DNA of 54,091 nt, counting the filler, from Dirinaria sp. TL-2023a (lineage: Eukaryota), in assembly GCA_051941275.1 (NCBI GenBank). It is 4 parts of 4 records of this genome, joined end to end, with 100 filler letters (N's around TTAATTAATTAA, not from the genome) between each part and the next. Parts side by side here need not be neighbours in the genome. Positions count along the whole stretch, not along the records: positions 1 to 13,467 come from JAVEBF010000686.1; positions 13,568 to 27,029 come from JAVEBF010000687.1; 2 more parts are not named here. One strand, written 5' to 3'. Below the pieces are notes generated by a model. That model was given only the letters and a program-made list of their open reading frames with translations, was not told where the DNA came from and made no database searches. The first letter of the stretch is position 1. Every line of letters starts with the position of its first letter. A program made the translations under genes and the position numbers. Below are positions 10,931 through 23,361 of the stretch, one piece after another.

Positions 10931-12930
10931 ATGCCCTTCTTCACTTCGCCCACCTCGTACCGGCTCAACAACCCTCTAGCGTCTCTGCAAGAACGAGATG
11001 CCTCCAGTCTTTACTTCACATCATTATCGCAGCTCACAATGGCTGCTAAGCCGCCACCGCATTCCTCACATCCCAGCTTCCCTCACCTCGTCTTGTTGGT
11101 TTTTGAGGCCGTTTTGGAGGTCGTGTGCGTCAGCCTGCCGGGCTACATCGTGGCTCGACAGGGCATGTTCAATGCCGAGATGCAGAAATTCACTGCCAAT
11201 CTCAATGTTATGCTTTTCACCCCTTGCCTGAGTAAGCTCGGATCTTCTACAAGTGATTTCTCATGTCCTATTTACTAAACCGGATCTTAGTCTTCAATAA
11301 ACTGGCTTCGCAATTGAATGCGGACAAGTTGGCAGACCTAGCGGTTATTCCCTTCATCTTTGCGGCCCAAACCCTTGTATCCTGGGTTGCTGCAGTCGCC
11401 GTCTCGAAACTGTTCGGATTTACAAAAAGGCCACGGAATTTTGTCATTGCTATGGGTGTAAGACGAAGTTCAATTCCCATGAAACTCTTTGAATAAATTG
11501 CTAATTCCGTTTCACAGGTTTTTGGCAATTCCAACTCGTTACCTATATCTTTAGTCCTTTCCTTGTCTCATACAATAAGCGGATTGCACTGGGATAAAGT
11601 TCCTGGAGACAATGACAAAGAGGTTGGCGCGCGAGGCATTCTGTACCTTCTGATCTTTCAACAATTGGGGCAGCTCGTTCGATGGACATGGGGCTACAAT
11701 GTCCTGCTCGCGCCACCGGATCAAGTGGACGGCGAAGACGAGCATACGAACTCAAGGCTTGAACGAGGTCAATATGATGAAGCAACAAGAGAAGAAGATC
11801 AGCCACTAATCGATGACGCTTCTTTGCACGAGGAGGACGTTCAGGTTGATCTTTTAAACAACGAAGGCAACGAGCCGGTGCTGAAGAGGGTCTCGACGAC
11901 TGGATCGAAATTTCGCAATTCGGATTCGGGCGATGAAACACCAGTCACGCATCAGCAGTACACCTCTTCTCTCTCCTCGAACGACTGCAAGCCGACCAAG
12001 CAGCCGACAGCACCCGGTCTTCTGACAAGTCCTATGAATGGCCATTCGAAGCCGTCAAAACAGACGAATGACGACGGTAAACCAGCAGACGACGAGGATG
12101 TAGCGTCACTCCTTGATGGGGTGATTCCATCGGAGATACGCCATCTGCCCGGCCGAACCCGAAAAACCGTAAATCATCATATTCGACTCGTCGCGGAACG
12201 CACATCGAGCACTTCAAAGTCTATCTTCAAAGCCCTTCCAACCCGCGTACAGACGGGCCTGTCCAAGACCGGTCGCGGTCTTGCACGATTTGGTAACGGG
12301 GTATGGGAATTCATGAATCCGCCACTGTGGGCCATGCTGGTCGCAATCGTTGTCGCTTCGATTCCGGCTCTGCAAAGCCTATTCTTCACCCAAGGCACAT
12401 TCATCGAGAACTCCGTGACCAGCGCGATCAGACAGAGCGGCGGCGTCGCAGTGCCCCTGATACTGGTAGTCCTAGGGGCAAACCTCGCGCGCAACACGCT
12501 GCCCGCCGAAACCCACACCCGGGCGAGCGACAAGGAAGAAACGAAGCTCCTCATCGCGTCTTTGATCAGCCGCATGGTCCTCCCCACGATCGTCATGGCA
12601 CCACTCCTAGCCCTTGCCGCGAAATACGTGCCTGTCAGCATCCTCGACGACCCGATCTTTGTCATTGTCTGCTTCTTGCTGACCGGTGCGCCGAGCGCGT
12701 TGCAGCTGGCGCAGATCTGTCAGATTAACAATGTATATATTGGCGCGATGACGAGGCTCCTCTTCCAAAGTTACGTCGTCTGGTATGCATCCTTCTTTGC
12801 AACATTCCAATTTATATCAGTCGAAAAAAAAAGGGAGAATTCGAAACTAACGTGTGAAACCAGGATCCTCCCATCAACACTGATACTGGTGACGTGCGCC
12901 CTGGAAGTCGTGGAATGGGCTCAAGCATAA
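10931..12930 (+). CDS. Auxin efflux carrier (AEC/PIN-like, Mem_trans family) membrane transporter
   Basis: Exons 10931 (alternative ATG 11039)-11231, 11291-11457, 11518-12782 and 12864-12930. N- and C-terminal TM bundles (LFTPCLIF, GVFGNSNSLP, NPPLWAM, VPLILVVLGANL, DDPIF, PSALQL) flank a long hydrophilic loop. Confidence 0.88.
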
Positions 12931-13467
12931 CCCGTACCGCGCGTTTTGAACATAAGCTACAATCAAACTGGATACTGTGTATATGGTGCATGGGTTTTTT
13001 CTTACGCGTTTCAGTACGCCACCTCCATTGTCCTTCCTACTTCCCAGATCAGCTTAGCGATGGCGTTTTTGCGTGAGGAAAAAATCAGCGAGCAAGCTGC
13101 GGCGGGCGGCGGGCGTCTGAGCCCTAGCCAATTCCATAGATAAAAGAATAATCCTGCGGGTCAATCAACAGGACATAAGCTATTTCCAAAGTCCCTTGGT
13201 CAAAAAACATTCCGGAAAAAGGGATTCTCACATCCGCCCTATTGAAAATCGGAGTGGAATGTGTGAGCAGGCTCAAAAAAAGCATAGCGAGCGAACCATG
13301 ATTCTTCATGAAACCTTCGAATGCTATACTACTGTTTCCGTGTGTACGAGTACATATGGGACTCGGTCTTCCGCTCTTCTGAGCGTTGTGTGTACAAAGA
13401 AAAGACCTCTTCTCTTCTCTTCCCTACCTAAGGTAAATCAGCTTAGCGATGGCGTTTTATATGGAAG

Positions 13468-13567
13468 NNNNNNNNNNNNNNNNNNNNNNNNNNNNNNNNN
13501 NNNNNNNNNNNTTAATTAATTAANNNNNNNNNNNNNNNNNNNNNNNNNNNNNNNNNNNNNNNNNNNN
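13468..13567. other. Artificial assembly spacer (44 N + TTAATTAATTAA + 44 N)
   Basis: The same 100-nt structure occurs three times. TTAATTAATTAA puts stop codons in all six frames, as contig linkers do. Confidence 0.97.
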
Positions 13568-14047
13568 GTGCCGGGGCTGAATGCAGAGGGATTGCCGTAG
13601 TGAGGGTTTTGAGATGTGTAGGGAGAAGCCATTTTCGTTATTCTTTTTCTTTTCTTCAGACGCTGTCTTGTGCTTTGCTATTTACGACCCGAAGGGCAAG
13701 CGTCATCAGTGTAGAGGTAGTAAAAGCTTGGGGCCCGGAAATAAGCCACCGAAGCGCCGGAATTAGGAGCATAGCCGGCGACTCACTGATGAATATGAAG
13801 CAGAGGTTTCTCAAAATATTACTATTTCGAAACTCTTTTATCCGAAACGGCAGAATAAATTGCTCAATATGTGGTTGCGTAGATTCTTACCGATAAGATG
13901 GCCAGGCAACAATTTTTGGTTAATGAGCACAAGTCATTGCCGACGAAATTCCTATCCTTTCTACATTGAACAACATTTTTCCTAGGAATTTACCAGGAGA
14001 CCGCACAACTGATATTGTGAAAGCAAGTACATCCTATAGACGGTGAA

Positions 14048-15296
14048 ATGGGCTCGCGCAGCCCGCAACGCATGAAGAACCGGGATCGTCTTGGCTGCTG
14101 CGTGATCTGTAACTGCCGAAACAAGGAGGGTGGGGAGGGACAGGCATACTCCAAATTTGGTAGCAACTTTAGCATCTTTGGCAGATCATCCAACAATGAA
14201 GTCTTCGGAGTCACTTACGTCAGCACATATACCTACCAGGACTATAGCGTTACATCGTCTGGATTCACTACGTTGTCGGCATGCACCGGACGAAGAGCTG
14301 GTGATCTAGAGACGATAAGTCGGAGCGATTACCCAGCGGAACCCGGCTGGAGATTCAACTCGGGTCAGCCAGGCGGCCTGGAGTGTCGGAGGACATTCGT
14401 GGTGCATCAGTGCTGCTTGGTTATCCTCGAGCATTGGATTGATTGGCGAAGGCAGTATAATGTGCACCTGGAAAACATCTTCATGTCGATCGAGGCTTTC
14501 TATGATGCTGTAGACCAGCAAGCAGACCGTGAGCAAAGTCGGCTTACTCAAAAAAGCAGTACATTAAGAACAAAACCTGACCATCTTAGTCTTTCAAGGG
14601 GCCTCGAACCAGTAAGTTCTGCCGGCAGTCAGTAGAGTCAAGGCTGTCAGCTCTAATGTTATTCAGGCACTACGAGCTGATCCTTTGGAGGAACGATACT
14701 GGGTATGCTACGTCAAGCGTCAGCTGTGCAGTACTTTTGCTGGAGAAGAGAAAAGCCAGGAAAGTCAATTTTCCGAGCCAAGTACAGTGACCAGAGTCCC
14801 GGATATCTCGATTCGACCTGGCGGACACAAATCTCAAACAACCATCTCAGATCTCTCAAATGACATTCTACTTCTGCTCGTAGATTATCTTCCGCCGAGA
14901 TCTTTGATAAGTCTGCACAGATGCAGTAGATTTTTCGCAACTCGATTTCCTCTAGATCAGCATTTCTGGCGCAAGCACGTCATGTCTAACAGTTTGCTTG
15001 GATTTGCGTGGGATTTGAGCAAAGTCATGTGGTGGGATCCAGTACTGTCGCATTGGGATTCCGACGAGGCTCTGCATTGGGATTGGAAGAGACTTGGTAG
15101 AGCACTGTCCGAAGACGAGGCGCTAGGGGAGAATGCAGACCAAGCCCGCGCAACACAGGGTTTGCGGACGCGCAGGAGTATTTGGAGATGTATTGCAAAT
15201 GTTGAGCGGACGTACTTCCGTGAGCTCCGTAAAGCGGAGTTGCGCAGGATAGCTCCAACCAAACCAAGAAGAGGTGCACTAAGGAGCTTCGCATAA
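14048..15296 (+). CDS. F-box domain protein with Cys-containing N-terminal region
   Basis: Exons 14048-14611 and 14667-15296 are joined in frame by a 55-nt intron (GTAAGT...CTAAT...CAG), giving ~397 aa. F-box-like segment ISDLSNDILLLLVDYLPPRSLISLHRCSRFF is followed by FWR...WD...DWK...LRTRRSIW, a tail typical of fungal F-box proteins. Confidence 0.7.
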
Positions 15297-17744
15297 GGGA
15301 TGCTGTTAGGTGGAAAAGTAGAGCTATTGACCAGCACACAAAGCATCCGAGCAAAAGATCCAATGAGAAACCAAAACAGTATGAGAAGTTCACTCTGGGT
15401 AACGGCAGGGTATCTCCGTAATAGGGAGGGTCTGTAGGATAATATGGCTTGAAGACTCGACTGTGGTTTCTTGGAAAGACAGCTGAATCCAAGGATGTTG
15501 CATTTGCAGTAGTACTGCAGGCCATCTTTTTACTGTCCTGAAGGAGTTGTAGCAGTGAGACTGACACATACTGGATGGCGGAGCACCTCCGCGCCACAGC
15601 TGCAAAACTGTGCCGTTTGGCAAAGACCGTTAATCAGCTGCAGTTGCCCATCTCCTCAGAGTGAACAAACATCATGATCCAGACGTGGAATTGATCAGTC
15701 ATTTATACCACCATTGACATGCCACTGTCTTGAAGGATCGTTATTGTTCCAGTCTCATATTGCGCTGTGCCAAGCAAGCTAAGGTAGCTTAGGTAAGTAA
15801 GGTAGAGCATGGAAGGTCTGAACAAGCGCAAGCCATCTCGAAAACCCGAGCGAGCCGTGGAAAGGAGGAGAAGCACTACTGAAGCAGCAAGGAGGACGGA
15901 AAACGGAGCCGGTTCCTGCCTTAGAGGCACACCTCCAGCCATGGTGCGACAAGACTAACTGGTCTCCGCCCCCTGCAGGTGCCATCGTCTGGTACAAAAG
16001 GAAAGCCCTGACGATCTTCCCGGCAGGCGCACGAATCTGCTCTTCGCTGCGTCCCTTGCCTCCCCTCGGTCAGGCTGCCCTCGTGGGATCCTCGTAACCA
16101 CACCAGTCGCTAAAAACATCTCGAACAAGCCTACCTTACCCTACTGTACGTAGTAGTGAAAAATTTACCTCGAAACTCGTCGCTAGAAGCGCTTGCAAAT
16201 GGAACACTCGTGGAAGAAATTTCGAAGCTCTCCGTTTCAACGAGCGCTCGGCCTACAGGCCCAAGGCCACGTTTTCTGGATCATCACTACGCTACGGATC
16301 GCCTGGCTCAACCTTCTTCATCAGCAAATCCCTAGGATGCACGCGGTAGCATTCACACGGCGTATGCGCTCCCTCCCAACAGTCACAGTAGGACGGGCGA
16401 TGCCTGAGGTTACTTTGGACCGTCTTACATCGTGTTACTGCCGTTTCTGGCAGCCATAAAGAGGGCCGATGACCGTCTCTAGTATCATCATAGACGAAAG
16501 GAGACAAAGGCTAGACCGTGCCTTGTCCAAGCCATGTTCGCTATGCTCTCTGAGTGGCGAAAAGTCAGTCCGGGAGAATAATATTCAGAATGCAGCATGC
16601 AGCGAGTTTTTGAGGCACCTGAATGTCGGGAGGGTTCTGCGCAGGGTGACTGGCCCACCTCGCTCTAAGCTCGCGAAGCTAGCGTTCATCTTGTCGATGT
16701 CCTGTAGACACAACAGTGGTGGCAGTTAGGATCAACGTTTTTTTGGCAAAGGATGGAGGCAGGCTGGTTTGAGGTGGGATGACATGATTCAGCCCGGGTG
16801 GCACAAATATAGCACATATATACTTTGCAGAAGAATGAATGCCGAACTCGGACGCGACTTGTTGCCGTGCTTACTACTGTACTGGACTGTACTTGACTGT
16901 ACTTGGGCGCTGTGTCGAAATCCTTTGACGAAGGAGCCGGAACGTGATCATGGTTGAGCGACGATCATTGCTTTTTACTCGCATGAACCCCCCCTGGTTT
17001 GCCTTGCGTCTCGAAATCCTTCCCGCCTCCATTTCCCATCTCCCGCCATGCCGTTTTGAGGGGCCTGTTTAGGGGCAAAGTAGAGACAACCAGAACCACC
17101 ACACACTCACTTGCGCGCAGGCTTCCCCCTTCCTCCAGACCGTACGTCGGCCCGTCGCGTGCGACTACCTACCTATTCTTGACTTATCGCTTGCAGTCTT
17201 TTCTGCCATCCAATTCCTTCTAATCCCCAATTGACAGCAGCACCACCTTTCGGCCTACGTGCTGCGGCCCCCCTCTCCCTACAAACGTGCAAGTCTCATC
17301 CACCGTTTCGGGTCACTTCGCCGCTGTTGTCGCTCGCACAATCACCTGCACTGCGGAGTGTTTCGTATTCGAATCGCTGCTCTCGTGGCGACTTTGCCAC
17401 AATCTCACCACATCACTTTATCGTAAGCAGTCGCCAACAGGGAAGGCCATCTGTACCAATAGCGATTCGAGAGGTGAGCCTCGTCCTCGCTTGTCGGTGG
17501 ATACCTGAGTCCCAGTCTGGATCTTGTTCAGAAAATTCCATACGTGAGGTTGACCTAAAGAGCTGGGAGCATCTGTGGAGGAATACGGAAACGCACATAT
17601 TGTGACGAGTCGTAGCCGAGAAAAATGCGACAGTCGGCATGCTGCTGTTTTGTTTACAGCAGTCGCTGAATGTTAGGACCTCACACTCGACATAGACATC
17701 CTCCTTCTCCCTCAGATCACCAAGTAAGGGCGTTGCGATCGACG

Positions 17745-20225
17745 ATGCCATTGCCGACGCCATCGGTGGCGCTCAAAGGCCACTGCTCAGTGATTTACAA
17801 AAATACTCTCTACACATACCAGGCAGACGCCTTCCAATCGCTGGAGCTTAAAGATGGCGCAGAATGGTCAAGACTATCAATGGGTGTGGCGACAAATGGC
17901 TCGACATGTGTTCAAGGATCGACCAATGGGCAGGATGCATTGTTCATAGTTGGAGGAAGGACGGTCTCGTCTTCCCAAGAATATTCGGGTCTGCAACGAT
18001 ATACCTTCTCGGACGGCCGGTGGGAGACCTTCAGCCCAGCATCCAACGTCACTCGAAATCTGCAAAACCATGGCTCAGCATTCTTGTCGTCCTCATCGTC
18101 GATTTTAATATACGGAGGCTCGCAAGACTCGGCATCGACACCATCATCCCAGACCTTCTCAATCTCAACCAAACCTCCTTATGACGTCCAAGCCTTCAGC
18201 TCCAAGGCGCCGCCAGTAGCAGATCCTTTGATGATGCCATGGAATCAAAGTCACGCTTTATTGCTAGGGGGTAATCCAACAAGCAAGGCGCTTTTCATAT
18301 TCGGACCACAAGCAGGATGGCACCAGCTCAAAGCCACTCTACAGTCTGCGGTAGCAGGCACGAGCCAAGTTCAAGCGGCAATCATGTCCCTCGACGATGG
18401 AAGCAAAGTCTTGGAGCTCTTTGACATGGGAGTCTCACCAAACAAAATCTCAACCTTATTACTACAAAATGCGACACACTCCGGGACTTTCTCACAGCCA
18501 TCTTCCTCTTCTAATCCATCTTCAGCCTCCCCATCTTCAACCGCGTCATCGTCATCCTTAACAAAAGTTACCATCAACTCACCGAGTAGACTGAAACGTG
18601 CTACAGCACTTGATGACCGACCTGCCTACAACAGCACACTCGCTCCGCAGGAGACTCGCAATGGCTTCTCCCTTGCTCAAGGCTCCGACGGTCTGATAGT
18701 TGCGTCTGGTGGCAATGACCAAGACGTGCTAAGCATGTTCAACCAAACCGGTAATCAGTGGATCGACGCCAACCAATTTTTTGGCGAATCTAAAGCGGCT
18801 ACTCCAAAGCCTACTCCATCAACAGTTTCGCCCGCTGCCAGTTTATCCTCCATGCCATCGCCATCACCCTCACCCCCTCCAGCCAGCGGTGGCTCAAGAA
18901 ACCGTTCATTAACTATACTCGGTGCTACTCTTGGCGCTGTGTTTGGTGTTGCTGCCCTTCTTGTACTATTATTACTAATACTTCGTTGCGTAAGGAAACG
19001 GAGGGAAGACAAACGCCGGTCAAGTGAATATCCTATGGACGACAAGCATGACATGGACTTTGCCGATCAAGGTGCAGACTTCATGAAGGAGGCTGGCGGG
19101 TCCTTCGGTAAAGACCAGAGTGGTCACCAGCACAAGACCTCGGGCCACTCCGCCTCGTCTATGGCAATTATGGGAGGCAAGCGGAACAGCTCACAGCAAT
19201 CAAAACGAGCATTATTTCATAGACCTGGCAATAGTGATGGCAGCGTCAAGTCTTTCTTCGGACGTGCAAAGTCCCCTACCGCGACTTCACCGCCGCAGAT
19301 ATCCGAGCAATTTATGGACAAATACGCGGGCCAAGCTGCTAATCCTCAAACGTCTCCTAACCCGCGCACAGAACCTCGAACAGACGCCGGCTGGAGTAGG
19401 TACTGGAATAACAGCTCATCGAACATCAATGCATTGGCGGCTGGCCCAGCACGTCAAGGTTCACAATCTAGGCCAGCCACATATACGTCCACAAGCCAAT
19501 CAGACTACGAGTCTTCACGTGTCACTTCCTCTCAACCCCATGAATCAGCGGAAGTTAAGCCTCTAAACCTACGTAGCAGCCAAATACCCTCGAACAGCCG
19601 CGTGGTCAGCCCCACATCTGGACTTCCCCTACAGCCAGGCCTCGCACTATCGTCTGGCAATCATGCTGAAAGAGAGCCGCCAACTCCTACCACTCTCGTC
19701 TCGGACATTGACGAAGAGGACGAGTACCGAAATCACCGCGGTCTCGAACCCGAAGGCACCTCATCTTGGACGCCTATCGACACCAGTGATAGAAGTAGCA
19801 CGTGGCAGGACCGGCCTGTCAGTAGCGTCTACACTGATAGCATGTACTATCCCCATCCCGGCGAGCGAGTACGAATACCGAACTTCCCAGGCGTGCCTAG
19901 TCGACGACCATCTCAGAGACAAAAGAACCAGGGTTCCAATATTCCCGTCAGACGGCCGTCGCAAAATTCGAGTAGCCAAGGCTCCAGCGACCCCAATCGA
20001 GGCGCACGCAGTGGAGCTACTCGAGACTTTATCTCCCCACCTCCGCAGCCTCAGCCACCTCCAATGCCTACCCAAGACCCGCCAAACACAAGACGAGTCC
20101 TACCAGGCTATGGAACCCATGAAGTGCGAACATTCCCCCGCCGAACCGACGAGCTTGGTTCCCGAGGTCGTGGGAGCCGAGATACGCAAGACATGAGCTG
20201 GCTGAACCTCCCAGACACCAGATGA
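17745..20225 (+). CDS. Single-pass membrane protein with kelch/galactose-oxidase-like beta-propeller N-terminus and long disordered Ser/Pro-rich tail
   Basis: Intronless ORF (in-frame upstream ATG at 17670). Kelch-like GG motifs (FIVGG, LIYGG, LLLGG, VASGG), many N-x-S/T sequons, and one TM helix ILGATLGAVFGVAALLVLLLLIL followed by basic RCVRKRR. Confidence 0.8.
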   Translation: MPLPTPSVALKGHCSVIYKNTLYTYQADAFQSLELKDGAEWSRLSMGVATNGSTCVQGSTNGQDALFIVGGRTVSSSQEYSGLQRYTFSDGRWETFSPASNVTRNLQNHGSAFLSSSSSILIYGGSQDSASTPSSQTFSISTKPPYDVQAFSSKAPPVADPLMMPWNQSHALLLGGNPTSKALFIFGPQAGWHQLKATLQSAVAGTSQVQAAIMSLDDGSKVLELFDMGVSPNKISTLLLQNATHSGTFSQPSSSSNPSSASPSSTASSSSLTKVTINSPSRLKRATALDDRPAYNSTLAPQETRNGFSLAQGSDGLIVASGGNDQDVLSMFNQTGNQWIDANQFFGESKAATPKPTPSTVSPAASLSSMPSPSPSPPPASGGSRNRSLTILGATLGAVFGVAALLVLLLLILRCVRKRREDKRRSSEYPMDDKHDMDFADQGADFMKEAGGSFGKDQSGHQHKTSGHSASSMAIMGGKRNSSQQSKRALFHRPGNSDGSVKSFFGRAKSPTATSPPQISEQFMDKYAGQAANPQTSPNPRTEPRTDAGWSRYWNNSSSNINALAAGPARQGSQSRPATYTSTSQSDYESSRVTSSQPHESAEVKPLNLRSSQIPSNSRVVSPTSGLPLQPGLALSSGNHAEREPPTPTTLVSDIDEEDEYRNHRGLEPEGTSSWTPIDTSDRSSTWQDRPVSSVYTDSMYYPHPGERVRIPNFPGVPSRRPSQRQKNQGSNIPVRRPSQNSSSQGSSDPNRGARSGATRDFISPPPQPQPPPMPTQDPPNTRRVLPGYGTHEVRTFPRRTDELGSRGRGSRDTQDMSWLNLPDTR

Positions 20226-21170
20226 GATCGAAATCGGACCAGATTCCGTCCCAAGGGACCGGAATAAACTTTTTTTTACTATTCTTGTACTACTACTAAG
20301 GGAAGCATCTTGCATGGCGCTAAGAGCAGGAGCGGCATTATACCAGTGGATCTCCAAGTCCACCCATTCGTTTCTTACGATCGCTAATTTATACCCGGCG
20401 ACGATGCTGCCTAATTCGCATTGTACATTATCTGTTTCTACTACTGAGATTTAGCGGGTCAGCGGCGCCATGGCCTATTAACCCTCAGCAAAAGGGGAAG
20501 AGTGTGGATTAGAAGAAGGCAGTGAGATAGTGTGGCTGTGCAAATAATGTCGTTCATTAAAAAGTATTCCGGTATTGAGAGTTAGACGTCGAGGAATGGA
20601 CAGAGGAGAGAGAGGTGCGATAGCTGAAGCTGGCAGCTTGGGACACCAGACATGGGTTGTCCTTTTCCGCTCTGGATAGATAGGAAGGAAATGGTATTCT
20701 CGATGTAAGTCGTATGCTATGTAGCATGGTCTAAACGAGAGGAGGATCAGGAATGAATTCCGTGCATTACGAACTATAAATGTCTCTCCAATAGACGACA
20801 AAGTCTGATATCTCGCACGCGATGTTCTATATCAGGGCCCTTGAATTTTACGGAAGCTTATGCCTTGGCCAGGACCGGTGCCATTCATTCCTGAACTGGC
20901 CTCTCGGCATAAGTTAATTGATTCATGATTGAGACCGTTCTTTCGATACCCTTAATGTGGAGTAGATATTTCTAATGGTTTGTCAAATTCATTATCGTTC
21001 TTCCCTGGTAAGGTGTGTAGTTCAAGAGCCAGGGCACATGGAGAACAATTTATAGGGTTTTTCTAGGGCTGAACTTCAAAGTTGATGAGCTTTGATAATT
21101 GCAAACTTCGAAATTTTGACACCCACTTTTCCGCTCCATTTTGTACATACTGTAGTCTGCCAGGGATTTG

Positions 21171-22748
21171 ATGGCTGCGCAGCCTGGCGCTGCCAATGGT
21201 GCTAAACGCTTGCAAGATGGCGTGTCCCCACTTACGTCCCCACCAGCATCGAAGAGAACCCAAAATCCTGCCTTTCGTATGATGGGTACCTTCGCCCCAA
21301 CAGAAGGCCCAAAATCTGATTGGAGCTAACAAAAAGTAGGAATACCCAATTTTCGACTTCGTCTTCCATCCCGAAACTGGCTCATATTTCTCTCTGTAAC
21401 CGGCTCATTCGCCACCGCCCTGTTCTACGATAAATACCACAAGCGAAGAGCACAGCAGAAATGGTGCCATGTGGTTTCACATCTTGCACAGGAATCGTTA
21501 GCAACTAAACAGATGCCTCGCACGATCACGATATGCCTTTCTGCTCCGCCTGGCGATGGGCTGAGGGCGGCCCGGGAGCATTTTCATGAGTATATCAAAC
21601 CAATCTTGGTCGCCGGCGCACTAGACTGGGAAGTGATCGAGGGCCGTCGGGAAGGGGAGGTTAGGGCGGGTCTCGCTGCTAAGATTAGAAGGCTACGCAA
21701 GACGAGTGGAGAAGAAGGTGCAGTGGAGGAGCTGGCGGAGAACGTAGAAGATCGGCTCGCAGATTTCCGACGAGAAGCTGGCATACGGCGCTGGGATGGC
21801 GTACAGGGCGATCTGATATTAGGTCGCCATACTTGGAAGGAGTATGTACGCGGCCTACATGAGGGCTGGCTAGGTCCATTGGATGACCCATCAGAGCTTG
21901 AAGCCCCGTCGTCAGACAAAACGTCGGAAGTGGGCATCCAGCCTTCCCAAGAAAACACTTCAGCGCCCGCGTCTCTGCCCAGTGCTGAAGATTCACAGTC
22001 TTTGGAGCCCCCGAGCGACTCAGAGAGCTCGGGCGAAGCGCCTTCGAAGCCTTCTCTACCGCCTGAAAAGCCGCCAGACAAGTCAACAAGCAGGCCATCT
22101 CCCACGCCGCCTTATATTAGTTCGAACGCATATTCTACAGCTTCTCTTTCCCCGTCGACACCATCTTCATTCCAACCCTCGACTGTTGTTCCCCTTCCTC
22201 ACCTCCTTGGATTTTTGAACACTCCGATTAGAATGTATCGCTTTCTCACAAGACGATTCCTTGCCGACGAAACCGGCCAGTTGGTCGCCACCCTCGTTCT
22301 AGAGAGTAGTACCAGGAGCTACAATCGCGGGGAAGAATTCTTTAGCAATGCGCAACCTGACGACGACGCTTCGGCGTCTCTTCAAATGGCCGACGTGGTC
22401 GAGGCGCAGACTGAGTGGGAACAGGAGAGAGTTCTTGCAGATGAAGAGCACGAGTGGCGTAAATCTGCCCGAGCGCCGAACGGGGACGACGATCCAGGCC
22501 GTGAACGGCCTTGGAAGGAAAAGATGGTGATTGATGAGCGTATCGGAACACGTATGCGTACGTTCGATATCGCGCCTGAGGAGAGATCGCAGAGACTGGA
22601 CGACGCAGAAGCACGGATGAAAGTGGAGGACATTCGGCGGCAGGGGCTCCTCCAGAAACTATCGATCTGGACAGGCTTGCGGGATGACTCGGACGAGAAC
22701 AGGGTCAAAGGATGGGAGATGGGATTGGTAGGCGAAGAGGAGGATTGA
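21171..22748 (+). CDS. TIM54: Mitochondrial inner membrane translocase TIM22 complex subunit Tim54
   Basis: Exons 21171-21285 and 21340-22748. The spliced protein has NPAFRMMG-IPNFRLRLPSRNWLIF, APPGDGL, YIKPILVAG, GRHTWKEYVRGLHEGWLGPL and PHLLGFLNTPIRMYRFL. Confidence 0.93.
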
Positions 22749-23361
22749 AGGACGTTTCATATTCGACGCATGGTCAGGCTTTAACTCTGCATATGTGATA
22801 CCCTCGAATGTTCTCGTGTAAAGTATTTTAGCATAGACTCTTCTCTTACTGTACATTGGAATACTACAGATGCACATGGAGTCAGTGCGATTGCGGTGAT
22901 CAACCAATCAAAACGCCATCCCTCCTCTAGAGCTCATCATCATATTAGGAAACTCCGAAAATGCAGCTTGGAGATCTGAGATTAGCGAGCTTCTCCTGTC
23001 GATACTGTAGGAGTACATACAGTACAGTATGTTTGTGTAGGGGTCCGGCATTAAAGCCGCATCTCACCGAACACTTCCCAACCCTCACATTCTACCCCAA
23101 CGCAGCCTGTTGGTATCAGCACTCATTGAGTTGTGCGGCATCGAATGTTCGATTATGATGTCCTTTACAGAGTTAAATTCCACCCCGTCTCCCATATTTA
23201 GGGCCTTTCGGCTTCGCACACAACTTCGGCTGGGTTGAGAAGTCTTTCATGTAGTGACTACAACAGCCAATCCTTCTTCTGGTTCTACCATCACTTGAGT
23301 GCACTGCTACTGAGTCTGGAAGAATACGTCGAGTCGGTCTGAGCCTAACCCTTACCGCGCG

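Noticed and set aside
13512..13523. TTAATTAATTAA palindrome repeated three times in the window (also 27074-27085 and 40608-40619)
   Set aside because: It is always centred in 44+44 Ns, so it is an artificial six-frame-stop linker and not biology.
16875..16906. Three CTGTACT(G/T)G units as a CRISPR-like array
   Set aside because: A 10-nt-period minisatellite without spacers in a eukaryotic intergenic region.
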